DNA of 54,557 nt, counting the filler, from Sluysia triapertura (Eukaryota), in NCBI GenBank assembly GCA_046118255.1. It is 4 parts of 4 records of this genome, joined end to end, with 100 filler letters (N's around TTAATTAATTAA, not from the genome) between each part and the next. Parts side by side here need not be neighbours in the genome. Positions count along the whole stretch, not along the records: positions 1 to 10,949 come from JBJNIA010190985.1; positions 11,050 to 22,952 come from JBJNIA010157935.1; 2 more parts are not named here. The stretch is one strand, 5' to 3'. Below, piece after piece: positions 1-12,675 of this stretch. The notes beneath the pieces were generated by a model. The model had not been told where the DNA came from, did no database searches, and worked only from the letters and a program-made list of their open reading frames with translations. Position 1 is the stretch's first letter. Each line of letters opens with the position of its first letter. The translations under genes and the position numbers were made by a program.

Positions 1-149
1 AAGGGTTGTGAAACGTAACTAAAATATAAATCAGAGAAATTAATTTTAATTAGTTGTTCGATATAAGATAAACTAAAGTTAATTTATCTCATAGGATAGC
101 TAATTAATTTACTTAGTTTTTTAAGTTACGTTTTAAATTCTAAAACCTA

Positions 150-560
150 GTAATACGTCTCCAAGTTTGGCATAAAACGTATATACTAGGAGAACTGACC
201 TTGCAGATAATTTGTTAAGTATAAGGAAATACTAACAGTTGTTTGGAAATCACAAGAAATTGTATTTGGTCACATGCGAATCGGAGACAGATTATCACAA
301 TCTAAATCACTGGATTTTCTTTTGGAAACTGTTAAAAGTAGTCATCAAAATAAATCCAATTCAATTGGCAAAGCATGGATAATTGATCTGATCAAGAAAA
401 ATCTAATCACAATGTCAATTGTTTACCTTTATTTATTTAATTTTTTACATAATTTATTTTCAATAATATATTTGAACGACTTTATTTCTACACAAACGAG
501 ACCAAATTTCTAATAATATTCTAGTCTTACAATACTACTTAGATTTAATTGGAGGTATAA
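150..560 (-). mobile_element. Possible highly decayed LTR-retrotransposon integrase fragment
   Basis: Minus-strand translation gives weak, frame-broken echoes of the integrase zinc-finger and core regions (YY*K...KYII..KLCK; IDIV; PNTISCD). Confidence 0.22.
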
Positions 561-1289
561 GTTTTTACTAGTATAAACTCCTTTTATTGTCTTATTTTAC
601 AAGTATTATTTGCATTCTGTATTAGATTCACCTTATCTAGAAGTATGAATTGGTACACTCGTTTCGATGGTCTGAAATAGAAATGCTTAATAATTGATTA
701 ATTATTTAACTATACCTTGATTATGCTTCTATTTATTTTATTTTATTTAAACTGTTAATGTACTCCTACTATATCCTCCTAACATTAATTTTATTCCACG
801 ACTCTATTCCCCATCTCCTACAAGAAAATGAACAAACTGGAATAAAAGTTATTTAATTAATTAAACAAAACAATTAACACAATTTAAGCGACACAATAAT
901 AATTATTATTAATTATTACTAATTCATATTTTAAGATAATCTCTTTACTATAATAGTGAGTTTTAATGCTTATAAATTTTAATTTCATATTGTCTTTATA
1001 GAATCTTACTTTAAAATGATTATTTATACATGAATTACCACAAACGTTCAATTTATAGTTTTCAGAGATGCGTAATATTTTCATTTAGGGTTTGATCAGT
1101 TTCAAACTTTATATTAAATGAGTGAAAAATAATGTTAAAAATAAACTAATCTTTTCACTAAACAATAAATTAAATATAATACAATATTAAGAATTTAAAT
1201 TATTTTTTGCTGGAATATGGTTGATAATTAAATATATGTACTATATAAATACATTTTCTCTAGTAAATAAAGTTGCACGATTTAGTCAT

Positions 1290-1862
1290 ATGTCGTCAAT
1301 AAAAATTAATCCTGCCATCGAGGAACTAACTTGGTTAATAGGAAAATGGGTAGGGAAGGATGGAATATGCTCTTATCCAACAATCGAAACTATAAAATAC
1401 GATGAAAATTTGACCATTTCTAGTGTTGGACAACCAAATCTGCATTATGAGTAATACTTATATCAATTTTGTAATTAAGTTAATACAAGTTCAATTACAT
1501 TTAACTCTTCTTCAAAAGTTATGATGCATCGTGAATGTGGTTTTTTAAGGTTGAATAATGATAAAAATAAAGTAGCTTTAGTAATAAGTCAAAATACTGG
1601 AGTATCGTCAGTTGATGAAGGAATTTTAAAAAGTAAATCATTAACATTAGAATCTCAAAACATTGGTAGTATGAGCTTTGGAAAAGAACCAAGAGTTACT
1701 AAAGTAACTGTTACTTAATTTATTCAAACTTAAGTTCTATTTTAGATAATACGCGAATTTAAATTGCTTGATAATGAAACACTTAATCAAAAAGTGTATA
1801 TGACTACATCAACAACAAAAGAAATGACATTACACCTGGATATTAATTACAAACGCCAATGA
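1290..1862 (+). CDS. THAP4: Nitrobindin / THAP4 C-terminal domain-like heme protein (DUF1794), 3 exons, 163 aa
   Basis: Exons 1290-1450, 1490-1703 and 1746-1862 are joined by GT..AG introns of 39 nt (1451-1489) and 42 nt (1704-1745), and the frame stays open. Motifs LTWLIGKW.G, YPTI, GQPNL, MHRECGFLR, FGKEPRV, and C-terminal EMTLHLDINYKR carrying the expected heme-ligand His. No THAP zinc finger upstream. Confidence 0.93.
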
Positions 1863-2679
1863 ATGTTTTTGTTGAACCATGATATTTTGTATTTCTCAAT
1901 TTTGTTAACTATAAATATAGTTTACATTTTTTTGGACAAAATGGTTGCATTTGAATGGAACTGCATTTTTGGCGAATAAGTAAATTATAAATTCCATTTT
2001 TTATGTATCAATGGTGCAGTTTAAAATAAACATTAAATTGATATGAAATTTTCATTTCATAATTTGGGTATTTATTGTGATGGCACATGCTCATTTAAAT
2101 ATGTAAATTTAAATTTAAGAAAATTTAAAGCTAGTTTTTTCAAAATAACATTCTAATAGATGAGAATGGAAACTTAATTTGTTCATCTTTAATCAAACTA
2201 AATTAAAAACTCGTATTACTCTTAAATTTCAGAATAAAACTTGACTTTAATTATATTTTTTTATACATCACAAAAAAGACACCACTTATAAAAATTGTAT
2301 AACACATGTTTCGACAAAATAATTGTCAATTAAGAAACAAAAATTAAATATTTTCAATAGATATGGTGACCAACAATATTGGATTACAGATCAAATAACT
2401 ATAAGATTAATGAATTAACCAGCAAGAATTTTAAAATATTAAAAATAAATTTTTTACACTTCAAAATAAAAATTGGTTTACAATTACATTATTTTCAACT
2501 TAAAATCATTTAAGCTTAAAAAATCCAAATAATAATAATTACAATTAAATAATTCATATTAATTAAATTGTGTTCTAAAATAAGTTTGGCTGGGAGCCTC
2601 CAAAAACCCAGATTTTAAACTTAAAAAACAAGATAATAACAATGCTAAGGAATTTTGTAAATTTTCAGTCCTGTTGGAA

Positions 2680-3480
2680 TATCTAGAATGTATCTAGTCT
2701 AAATCCACAGGCATATTCGAGTGTCTTCCATCAACTAGAATGGAGTAATTAAAAAAGGAGCTATATACAAATCCCAATCAAATTTATGGTTGAAACAATT
2801 AAAGTTCTATTAAATCTTTTTATATGACCATCTGTTTACACTTATCATAAAAAGAAATGTTAATTCTTAAAATATCAATGATTTTATAACTTCTTTTGTA
2901 AAATTTGTTCCATTATATTATTATTTTTAATAGTTCTCCATTCATCTTTGGAATTTCTAAATCTCAGTACACTATCGGTTATAGCCAGTTTCTAAGCTTG
3001 ATATTCATTTAATATTCCTTTTTCAGTAATATCAATGACAAAAGAAATACCATCATTTTCTTTGTGATGCTTAATCACTTCATTAGAATCTTCTACCTTG
3101 TCTGATATATTCATAATTTATGTTTATTTTTTAATCCTTATTAGTTAATCTTGTGACAAAGTCAGCGATATTATTTAAGGTTCCTGGTTTATGAGTAGTT
3201 TCCAAGTCATAATTTTGCGAAGTATTTATTACTATATTAAAGGTTTATAATAAGTGTATAAATAAACTTTTTGTCCTATCAAATAATGTCTAAATCGTTA
3301 GGATTTATATTTTAATGAACCAACGCCTTAATTATTACTCATAAATAATGGACATACTCAACAGTTACAAAATCATATTTAGCATCACTAATTATATATT
3401 AGCTCTTACATCTTTTCATACCTTACTCATATTTTCCCATTTAATCATTGTTTTTGTCCGTTTTAATATCAACTTTACAG
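2680..3480 (-). mobile_element. Degenerate Ty3/Gypsy pol remnant (RNase H end + integrase core)
   Basis: 3149-3222 reads SQNYDLETTHKPGTLNNIADFVTR (cf. QEYDFEIxYRPGxxNxVADALSR). About 2760-2850 reads TDGHIKRFNRTL...DWDLYIAPFL (cf. PQTDGQTERFNRTL...WDxxLP). Correct RH-then-IN order, with many stops and indels. Confidence 0.75.
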
Positions 3481-4074
3481 TACCTATTCAAAAATTATTT
3501 TTATTAATGCGCATTTAGGGCTAATGTTATTATAAAACATTTGTTTAAAAATTCCTCGTTAAACTAAAGTTTATTGAACACAAAATCAATTATGAAATAA
3601 ATATATTATTTTTATATGAGAACAAAACAAATTTAAAAGCTGTAAAATAAAACATTTAAATTGTTGTATTAAAAATGCTATTACATGTGAGAATGAATTT
3701 GTGGATGTTTTTTGATAATTGTAAGATTTATAAAGTTTGAGTTTAATTATTGATGAATTATTATCATTATGAACGTTATTAAATCTATTATTTAATTCAT
3801 TACGAAAGTCTACGTGAAATTCTAAATGATCATAATTACACATATGGTGCTTAAGGCACTTAAGTGCCACATTCAAATTAATTATTAAAAATGTAAAAAC
3901 TCAATATGAATTTATTAACCATCCAAAAATTGAAAATTTTATTATTCTCGATACACTATTAATTTTATCAATAGGACAACCTTGTCTTTCAAAAGGATAT
4001 ACGACGCTGACTCGAATCACAACAATATTGATTAAGATAAGTTTTAAATCAGTCGATGAGGTTCTGAATTTAAG

Positions 4075-5030
4075 CTAATAAGTCACCTCCGTTACAAATA
4101 ACTTTCTAATTCCATGCTTACCAACTTGACATTCTAATGGCCGAAGAATTGTTTGAGATTCAGTCCAGGTTCGGAGGTGCCGAACAGTGTGAAAAAATCT
4201 AACATTGTTAATGAATATAAAATTTAAATTAATTAACGGCATTTTGAATTGACACCGTTTCATCGTGAATATGTTTTTAGCTTTAAAATTTATCACATTA
4301 TTAACATATGTAAGTTTTTTAATATTCTTAAAAGTCGTTAACAAAAGAAAAGAATTGTATTCTGTAACACATTCAATATTAACATCATCCAATTTTAGAT
4401 ACTCACCACGTTTGTCAATAATATTTAACATGACTAGTCTACTAGTCAACGGCATTTTGAACTTATACCGTTTAGTCATGGATATATTTTTAACTTGAAA
4501 AATCATCACATCATTAACATATATAAGTCTTTCAATATTCCTAAAAGTTGTTAACAAAAGAAAAGAACTGTATCTACATTTATCAATGACATCTAAAATG
4601 ATAAGCTATCATTTATACGTTGAAAATTTTTAAACAATTCAATAGACTTAGTCTTGTTGCACTCTCTCTTTATCCCTTTTTTATCTTATCTTTCATCTGT
4701 AAATAACTCATAATAACGGCTTGACTTCTTACTACTCGATAAGTAACCCTGTTAACCAATGTAAAATTTAAATTAGTTAACGGCATTTTAAATATAGGAG
4801 CGTCTGTATGAATTTTTAGAAGCAGCGAACCCCGCTTGAAATCTGATGTACATCGTTGAGAATTTATAATGATTCGAACATCCGCTAACTTTACTCGGAG
4901 TAGCATCTCTAAAAAAATGATTTCCACGTGAACCATACTTGTCCGATGTAGCATTACGTGATTCATGAATCCTAGGATTACTTGTTACTGTTTCAGTAAT
5001 CAATATTATATTCTTCACTTGGACATTTTA
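4075..5030 (-). pseudogene. Frameshifted ORF cluster of unknown function with three copies of an FKMPL(T/I)-containing module
   Basis: FKMPLTNLNF, FKMPLTSRL and FKMPLINLNF occur in ORFs 4670-4966 and 4075-4557. At DNA level AACGGCATTTT occurs at ~4235, ~4448 and ~4779, and GTTAACAAAAGAAAAGAA at ~4337 and ~4550. Confidence 0.45.
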
Positions 5031-5099
5031 AAATTTTTTAAAACTTGTTATTATGGTTATCTTTATTAATGTGTTAGTATATATATACTACACATAACT

Positions 5100-5270
5100 A
5101 TTGACCTCATCATGGTCATCATCATCATCGTTACATATATAGTCATCATTGTCATCATCATCACTACATGCATAATCATCGTCATATTTGTCATTATTAT
5201 CATCATATTCATTGTGATCATCACTAATCGTAATTATTTTATTATCATTACTACTACTACTACTACTACC
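5100..5270. repeat. Degenerate (TCA/TTA/CTA)n trinucleotide low-complexity tract
   Basis: Direct reading; it produces spurious poly-Asp and poly-Ile ORFs. Confidence 0.85.
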
Positions 5271-5577
5271 ATTTTTATAAGAAGTAGCAATTAATATCAA
5301 AAATATAAATCTCTATTTCTTCTTTGGCATTACCATTAAACACTTATCTAGTTATCTTTTATTGCAATTTATAAAAAGTTTCTATTGAAATAAAACGAGT
5401 ACATTAACTTTTTACAAAATCTATTAAACTTCATGATAAAGACAAATTTCGTTAATCCTAAAACGAACCAGTACTATACAGATGTTAATGTCACTATTTT
5501 GACTTTACATAGTAAATCATCACTTTGAGTATTTATTATCGCATCAGAAATAAAATATTTCAAAATTTTTTAAAATT

Positions 5578-5623
5578 TATTATTATTATTATTATTATTA
5601 TTATCATTATTATCATCATCATC
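5578..5623. repeat. (ATT/ATC)n microsatellite
   Basis: Direct reading. Confidence 0.9.
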
Positions 5624-5669
5624 AATATTTTCATTAATGAAAGTAATAGTAATGTTACTGTTATCAGTT

Positions 5670-6197
5670 TCTATATTACGACAAACTTTTTCATAGCGCT
5701 CCTTCTGTTTAGATGCTCGTACCACTGCTACAAAAGCTTGACGACGTTTATATTGTTCTTTTTCTTGTTTACATTCTATTAATAAGCATTTAGTATCAGT
5801 ACAAGTTCGTAAATGTGTGCATGATCATCATAAAATGTTGACAAGAATTAGAATGCTTCAAAGGTAATTTACAATAGGATGCATGGTTAATCAAACCTTT
5901 CATCTTATAACAACTGCTTTGTTGGCAAGGTTTAGAATGCAAAGCATGGCTGAAACATTTCAAAACATCTTGCATCAATATTTCTCGGTTTGCTTCTGTT
6001 ATAAGTTGCATTTTATGTTGACTGTACACATTGTTTGAGTAATAATTAGCACATAGATCGTACTCAACACATACTGGGCATGAATATCGATGTGAAATTA
6101 TTTCAATATTACAATAATCGCAAACATATTTAGCGAATAAATTATCTCGTTTTAACTCAGACAGAACTTTAATTGTTGCAAACTGTGCACGGCGTAT
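5670..6197 (-). pseudogene. CBP/p300-like fragment: HAT C-terminus + ZZ + TAZ2, degenerate
   Basis: Open frame 6197-5796: IRRAQFATIKVLSELKRD..KYVCDYCNIEIISHRYSCPVCVEYDLCANYY...HKM...CFSHALHSKPCQQSSCYKMKGLINHASYCK. This matches CBP RRSKWST..LVELH...YTCNEC..RWHCTVCEDYDLC...HKM...HACQC...SCQKMK..H..C. There is an in-frame stop just upstream, several Zn ligands are lost, and the tail is in another frame. Confidence 0.8.
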
Positions 6198-6199
6198 AA

Positions 6200-6449
6200 C
6201 AAGTACATTTCAGATATAAAAATAAAAAGTAAAAATTGAGAAATAGATGATAAAAATGACAATGAACACTGAGTTTAATATTTTGATTAAAAAATGTTGA
6301 TAAAAGAAATTTTAAGAGGCATTTGTGATTTTATAATGATAAGTAATGTAATGTTGTGAATGATATATGTAAAATTTGTATGATGTAATTTTTTGTGTTG
6401 AGGTTTATGTAGATGATTTATGTGATATGTAGGTAGCTGGGCCACCACA
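6200..6449 (-). repeat. Dispersed TGTGGTGGCC-headed, CA-rich repeat (solo-LTR-like), copy A
   Basis: On the minus strand it starts TGTGGTGGCCCA at 6449, followed by CA-rich sequence like the other copies; it abuts the 5' break of the CBP fragment. Confidence 0.45.
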
Positions 6450-7298
6450 ACAGGTATCCAAAAAATTATTGATTAACATTAAAATCTTAATATCAACATA
6501 AAACTTATTAAAGATAGAAAGCATAGTTTTAAAAGAATCAAAATTTAATGATCTCCTTGGTGCTTGACAAGAGCAAATTTGAATTTAAATGTGAAACCAA
6601 ACTAAAATCATTTTGTAAATTTTTGTGCCAGTATTATTTAGTATTATTTAGGCAACTATCTCACACAAGCTTATTGTTTATATCAACGTTTCTCAACCTT
6701 TATTTCATTTATTACCAATTTTGTCATTATTATTATTCGCATTATTATTATTATTATTAATTATTACTCTCATTATCATCATTTTCATTATCGCCTTTAT
6801 AAATATTTTAATTTATTTCATTATATTAACTGTCAACTTCAATTAAATTTTGACCTTATTATTTTTCATCTTTTGACAGCATTGTCTTGCAAAGATTATT
6901 TTAATGTGATATAGCAACAAAATTAGTTGCTCTTTAATTGGCTCACCTATAAACTCATTTTGAGCGGCTTACTTTTAATTGATTCGTCGAAATTGCCTGT
7001 ACTTTTTGTTACTATTTTATGTGATTGTTGAAATGTGATAAAAACTTGTGCACAAAAAATAATAGCAAAAAACCAATTAACTAATTCTCAATGAAGGAAT
7101 TTTTGTACAGTCTCAGTCAATTATTATTAGTAAACACTGTTAAAAGTTTCTAACGCAAAAAGATAAATTCTCAAAGATATAATTTAGAAATTATAAAATT
7201 TTTTATTTTGGTTAAAATTAAAAGTACAGTATTTAATCGATATCCGATATCATTTGATCCATTGTGTTTCGAAGCTTATTTACTTCAATTGTTATAAG

Positions 7299-8460
7299 AT
7301 GAAAAATCGTTCTCATATTATGTCATGTGACCAAATGAACCGTTCTACTAACATGATGTTAAATGAACCGAAAAGTAGAACTGTCGAAATTAGTACTGAT
7401 GATACATTCAGTTATAGTCACGATAGTTATCGTACTTCAATTAATGAAAACACGAGAATTATCCCAAATGCATATTATTGCCAGTATGTTCATCGAAATA
7501 CCGAAGATATTCAACGCCGTTACTATCTACGTTATTATAAAACAGGACAATGTATGTACGGGGCATCAGATACTGGTCAATGTCTCAAGAATGGTAAACA
7601 ATGTTTATATGCTCAGACTTGATGAATTACGACTGATCCCGGATAACAATTTAGTTAACAATGCTACTCAACATATTGATGGATTACTGGTTATGTCGAA
7701 AAGATAGCAGTTAGTGGCTATCCAATTCTAGTTGTTCCATATGCTGGTGTTGAAGATAAGCCTAAATGCGACATTTATGTTGACAAGATTTACTTTAAGG
7801 TAAATTATTATATTTTTATTCTTTAAGAAATGCAATTAACATGTGGAAGGTGACATATCCAAACATTGACCATCAATTATTAATACATAACTTTTGTATT
7901 CCTAATTGTTTTTATTAAATTAGTTTTTGTAATAAATGTATATCCTAGGTAGTATTTTAATTTTTTATTTTTTAAAGATTCAATAAACATAATAAATACT
8001 AAAAATGAAATAAATAAAGATGATTTCAATATTAGATATATTAATTCATTAATGGTTAAATGTAAAACAATTTTTAATTATTTCAAAATTAAATTACCAA
8101 ACAAGGAACGGAGAAAATATCTTTGACTCTGAAGGTGATATTAAGGATTTAATTGATAAAAACAGTAATATGTGTTTACGTTTTACATTTTTCAAAATTC
8201 GAATATATTATTGAAGTTATAAATTAGATATTATTACAAGTGATGATAGCGATCATGATTTTAAATATAAGAATCTGTACGAATCAGATAAAACGAGTAC
8301 GCTTAATAATGATATCGGTGCTCAACATTCTTCGGGAGAATCAAGGAATAATAAAGTAAAAGCTGAATCAAGAAACATAGTGCCTCTTACAATAGTTTAT
8401 GCCTTATGTAATTTGTTTACATTTACCGACGCAACTGACAATGGAACAAAAATATAACTA
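7299..8460 (+). pseudogene. TIS11/ZFP36-like single CCCH zinc-finger gene, frameshifted (family copy 1)
   Basis: YKTGQ-C-MYGASDTGQ-C-LKNGKQ-C-LYA-[H lost at frameshift ~7615]-RLDELR at 7536-7632. A second frameshift lies near 7685. A candidate 28-nt intron (7800-7827) and further coding-like blocks extend to ~8460. Confidence 0.6.
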
Positions 8461-9594
8461 TGACCTACTAAAAATTTTGTACAAATATATTAAATCTAGT
8501 TGTTATTTAATGATTTGTAATACTGTAATAATAGAAATGAATTCTTGAAATTTAAAATATTAGGAATGTTTGTTATAAATAATCTAGTAATATTTCATCA
8601 CCTGAAAACCCTAAATGTAAAGTAAACGCAGAGAATAATTAATGGTGAGCCATTAAATAAAATACGTATTTGTAAATATAATTAATAAAAATAATAACGA
8701 TGTACGTGTGTTAATATGTAATGTAAATATAATCATAATAATTTGTAGCAAAATAGTGGAACTATATAATTATAAATTGTAATATAATAGATTACCATTT
8801 AGTAAAATTATTGTATAATTAAAATTTTATGATTATAGTACATATAAATTTATCTAGTGAAATTATGGTATGATTGTCAGTGAAATTATTAGTAAATTTT
8901 ACATGATTCTAAATTGTAATTTTATTATTATGTAGCAACAGAGTATAAATAGAAAGTAGAAAAACAAATGATAATACCGTTTTCCTATTATAAAGACATG
9001 TTTTGAAGAATTATTACGAATTAAATTCATCCACAAGTCAAAATCGTCGCAAAATAGAAGGAATTATTAATATTTATTAATGTGTATACATTAATGACTT
9101 GTATATACCTATTTAAACTTTTAATAAAATGTGTTGTCATTCTTTATAATTTAATTGCTAATATATACTTGTTTTATTTATATTTTTCTTTTGTAAGGCT
9201 TACTAAAGTTCATAACTTATACTATTAATTTAATCACTTCCATCTCGAACGAGTACCGAACTCATTAGGATAGATATTTAATAAATTAAATTTGTTAAAA
9301 TATAGTAAGAATTGTAAAAGAGTTAAAGTTCGAAATCGATACGTGATATTAATTACTATAATAATCTGAATGAGATTTCGAACAGAATAAATACTAGAAA
9401 GCCAACACAATATTACAATAAGCGATATTTTTAAATTTTACAGTATTAATGATTTTAAGATTGATATTAACTATAAAATGAAGTGCCTCAAGCCATATGA
9501 CAAATCAAATAATCAGAATCAATGATAAAAATAGTATAACTGAAATAGTATTACAATTTAGGACTGTGCTTTACGGTACCTCTTTAAAGTAACA

Positions 9595-10949
9595 ATGAAG
9601 AAACGCCGAATTTCGAAGAAAAACTCCAATTCAACTCGCCAAACCGATTCTGGAGCATCTCCTCATTATGCAGCTAATCAGATCCGCCTCCGAAGATCCC
9701 GTTCTCAGCAGCCAAACTCTCAGGAACTCTTATTCAGGAACTTTTCTTCACGGAACCTCGTCAAAGTAGCAACGATGAAAAGCAAACATGCTATTCGAAC
9801 AGCCAATTTCGGTTCAAAGCGGCAGTTTTTATGCGATCCAGCCAAATTCCATCTCAATTCTGGAACAATTTCTTCTCCTTCAGCAGTTCGGATCCATAAA
9901 TCCCGGTATCAAAGTGTTCGTCAAACCTATCTGCTACCCAAACTAGCCCCAGCACGAAACAATATTCTGTATGACTTGTCAAGTAACAGAGAGCGCCGAA
10001 GACATGTAAATAATACTCCGCTTAGTGGGCCCAGTAGCGGGGGGGCCCGAAAAACCTTCAGTCAACCCACCGCGGCTCCTGATCCAACTTCTTCTACAAA
10101 AACTGTGCTTCGCGGTTCCAAAGCCCAGATCAAGGACCTACCAAAACTAGCTCCCGCGCGCTTCCTCGTGGACAGAAACAGGTCAATAAATAATACTCCG
10201 CATGTCCGGCCCAGTAGCGGAGGGGCCCGAAAACATGTAAATAATACTCCGCTTAGTGGGCCCAGTAGCGGGGGGGCCCGAAGATCAAAAAATTCAAATC
10301 CAGAAGCTCAAACTGATACGAAGTTTCATGTTAGTTATTGCCCATCATGCCATAGCCCACAAGACTACTTTCCAAGCTTTCTTAACAACTCCATTAAAAT
10401 GACCGGGTATTGCTGTGCCTTCGTTTACTTTGACTCTTTTTTCAAATTCATTCTTCCTTTGCTACTCTCTTCTCGTTTTATTTATGAAATAAGAAATTTT
10501 ATCAAATACAACAGATTTCTTTCCGAATCTCATCATCCCTTCAACATTACGTTCTCCCCCTCTTTTTGTAATCATGTCAGAATGATTTTAGTAAGGCTAT
10601 TCTCTTGTCTATATGCTTCTAAAGATTCCGAAAACTTTGTCTTAAACTGTTCCATCTATCTTAGCCGTATTAATAATGAGCTTCAAGCCTTTTATGGAAA
10701 TCACAGTGTTTCTTACCTTCATCTCAAAACTTTTCGACCTTCGGAACTTAGCCATGTCAAATCCCTAGAACCAAAACCAGTACTCAAAAGTACAACATGT
10801 ACCATCAATCCGCCTTCTAAGTCTTCACCTGTTTATAAGAACCCTGTTCGAAAATTATGCAAATCACTTAGGGATAAGTACCTTAACAACAACACATCTG
10901 ACTTATCTACTCAACATGCTGTGGACACAGCCTCTCTTCTTCCTGCTCT
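9595..10949 (+). mobile_element. Long intronless ORF (>450 aa, runs off the contig end), probably the N-terminal part of a young retroelement ORF
   Basis: Uninterrupted, markedly GC/C-richer than its flanks, and Ser/Pro/Arg-rich. Internal repeats NNTPxxxPSSGGAR x3 and LPKLAPAR x2, plus CPSCH. The contig breaks inside it. No RT or EN motif in the visible part. Confidence 0.4.
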
Positions 10950-11049
10950 NNNNNNNNNNNNNNNNNNNNNNNNNNNNNNNNNNNNNNNNNNNNTTAATTA
11001 ATTAANNNNNNNNNNNNNNNNNNNNNNNNNNNNNNNNNNNNNNNNNNNN
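10950..11049. other. Artificial contig-joining spacer
   Basis: 44 N + TTAATTAATTAA (stops in all six frames) + 44 N. Confidence 0.97.
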
Positions 11050-12594
11050 AAAATGTATCTTGTCAAAACATATTGTTTGTAAAAAATGCAAAGAATAATC
11101 TTTTATTTCAATTCATTTGTATCAATATTTAAAATAATTTATTTAGTTAATTTATTATAACCTTTATTTGTTGCCATTTTTCTTTTATCCACTTCACTCG
11201 GGCAGCTTTGTTTTTGAATTTAAATTAATGCATATGCCCGGATTAGCTAAGTAATCAATCTTAACTTGAATAACATGTAAAAAATAGATTTAACATGTAG
11301 TATTGTGTGTTTTATGATTTATATTTTTATATTTATTACATTATATTTTTAAAATAATACAGATAATATGTGTATCAAATTTCTTTACTTCTAAACATTT
11401 GTTTTGATAATTTAATTATAAAAATAACTTTATTTTTGTTTTGTATTGTAGTTCATGTAATAATGCATTGTATGCAATACTTTGTTTTATGGTTTACTAT
11501 AGAAAAAAATTTTACTTGTTTTTTATATTTATTTTTTTGCTATTTTTTATTTTTATTTTATTTTATTCTGTATTATACACTATCAATAAAACATAGCAAA
11601 TACAGTTTTTAATTGAATTAATATTAAATTTCTCATTTTAACCTCAAAACTCTTTTTATTTTTGTTACTTGTTATAAATCTAGGCTAAAAGAAATGATCG
11701 TTTTTTATTAAATTTATTATATATGGGTATTTGTGTTATAATCTTTATTAAAAGCTTACATAACTATCAGCAAATTAAATTATTATTCAGAGTCAATTTA
11801 CAGTGTACGACTTACTAATGGCGTACCTGTAATAATAATGTGAAAACAATGCTAAAGATTAACAGTATAAAAATATTCCTTGCTTTAACGTAAACAATAG
11901 AGGACAAAATCGTCGGTAATGTCGGCAGGTAACTATCGTAAACTACTTATAAAATATAATGTTAACAACGACCAACATGGACGCTGTATTTAATTTTATA
12001 TATAGTTTTAGGTGAATGTTATGTTAAAGAAAATGGTTAGTTCTCCTAAAGATTATTACTATATTTTAGTAGAAAATTGGTTACAGCTAAAACTTTATTG
12101 TATCAAAAAATTTTTAATATTTATGAAAAATTTAAAGAGTATTACAAGGATTTATTATACAAAAAATAAAATAAAATTATTAATTCAATAATACGAGTAA
12201 ATTTCAAGTAAAACAATAATAATAAAAATATAATAACGATAGTAATTTAATTGTAATAAAGACTCGATCAGTTTATAATGATTTTGTAATTTACCTTAGG
12301 GGCCAACTAAAAGACAATGATTTTATATTTTAAAGCGATTTTATAATTGGCCTTAATGACCAACTAAAACTAGGTATCTTAACTCAGACGAGTTTTCACT
12401 CTATTTAAAATAAACTTATTATTTAACAAAAACAAATAATTTAATATTCGAAATCAGGAAACTGTTTTTTGTGTTTTTTAAGTGATCGGATTGCAGAGAA
12501 TTTGGAGCTGAGATCTCTCTAATCGAATATGCGAGATCTAATTCTACATTATAATTGATTAAATTGATAAATTCTTGAGCACTTAGGAAAACCA

Positions 12595-12675
12595 GAAATG
12601 ATGGATGGAGTTGTTGAAATTAGTGCGTCTTCTTGGAATAGTAAAATCGCGATTGCACTTGTAACTCCAATTTAA
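12595..12675 (+). mobile_element. Possible Gypsy RT N-terminal fragment
   Basis: EMMDGVVEISASSWNSKIAIA resembles EMLxxGIIEPSxSPWNSPIVLV. Confidence 0.35.

Noticed and set aside
5088-5782. Poly-Ile, poly-Asp and hydrophobic ORFs (also 35349, 42975, 47403)
   Set aside because: These are translations of trinucleotide microsatellites.
10002-10281. Twister ribozyme (TAA..CTCCGC...GGAGGG resemblance)
   Set aside because: The P4/L4 element (GGUCCCAAGCCC-like) and P1 are absent.
10994-11005. TTAATTAATTAA as a biological motif (piggyBac target or recombination site)
   Set aside because: It has identical 44-N padding in all three places, so it is an assembly linker.
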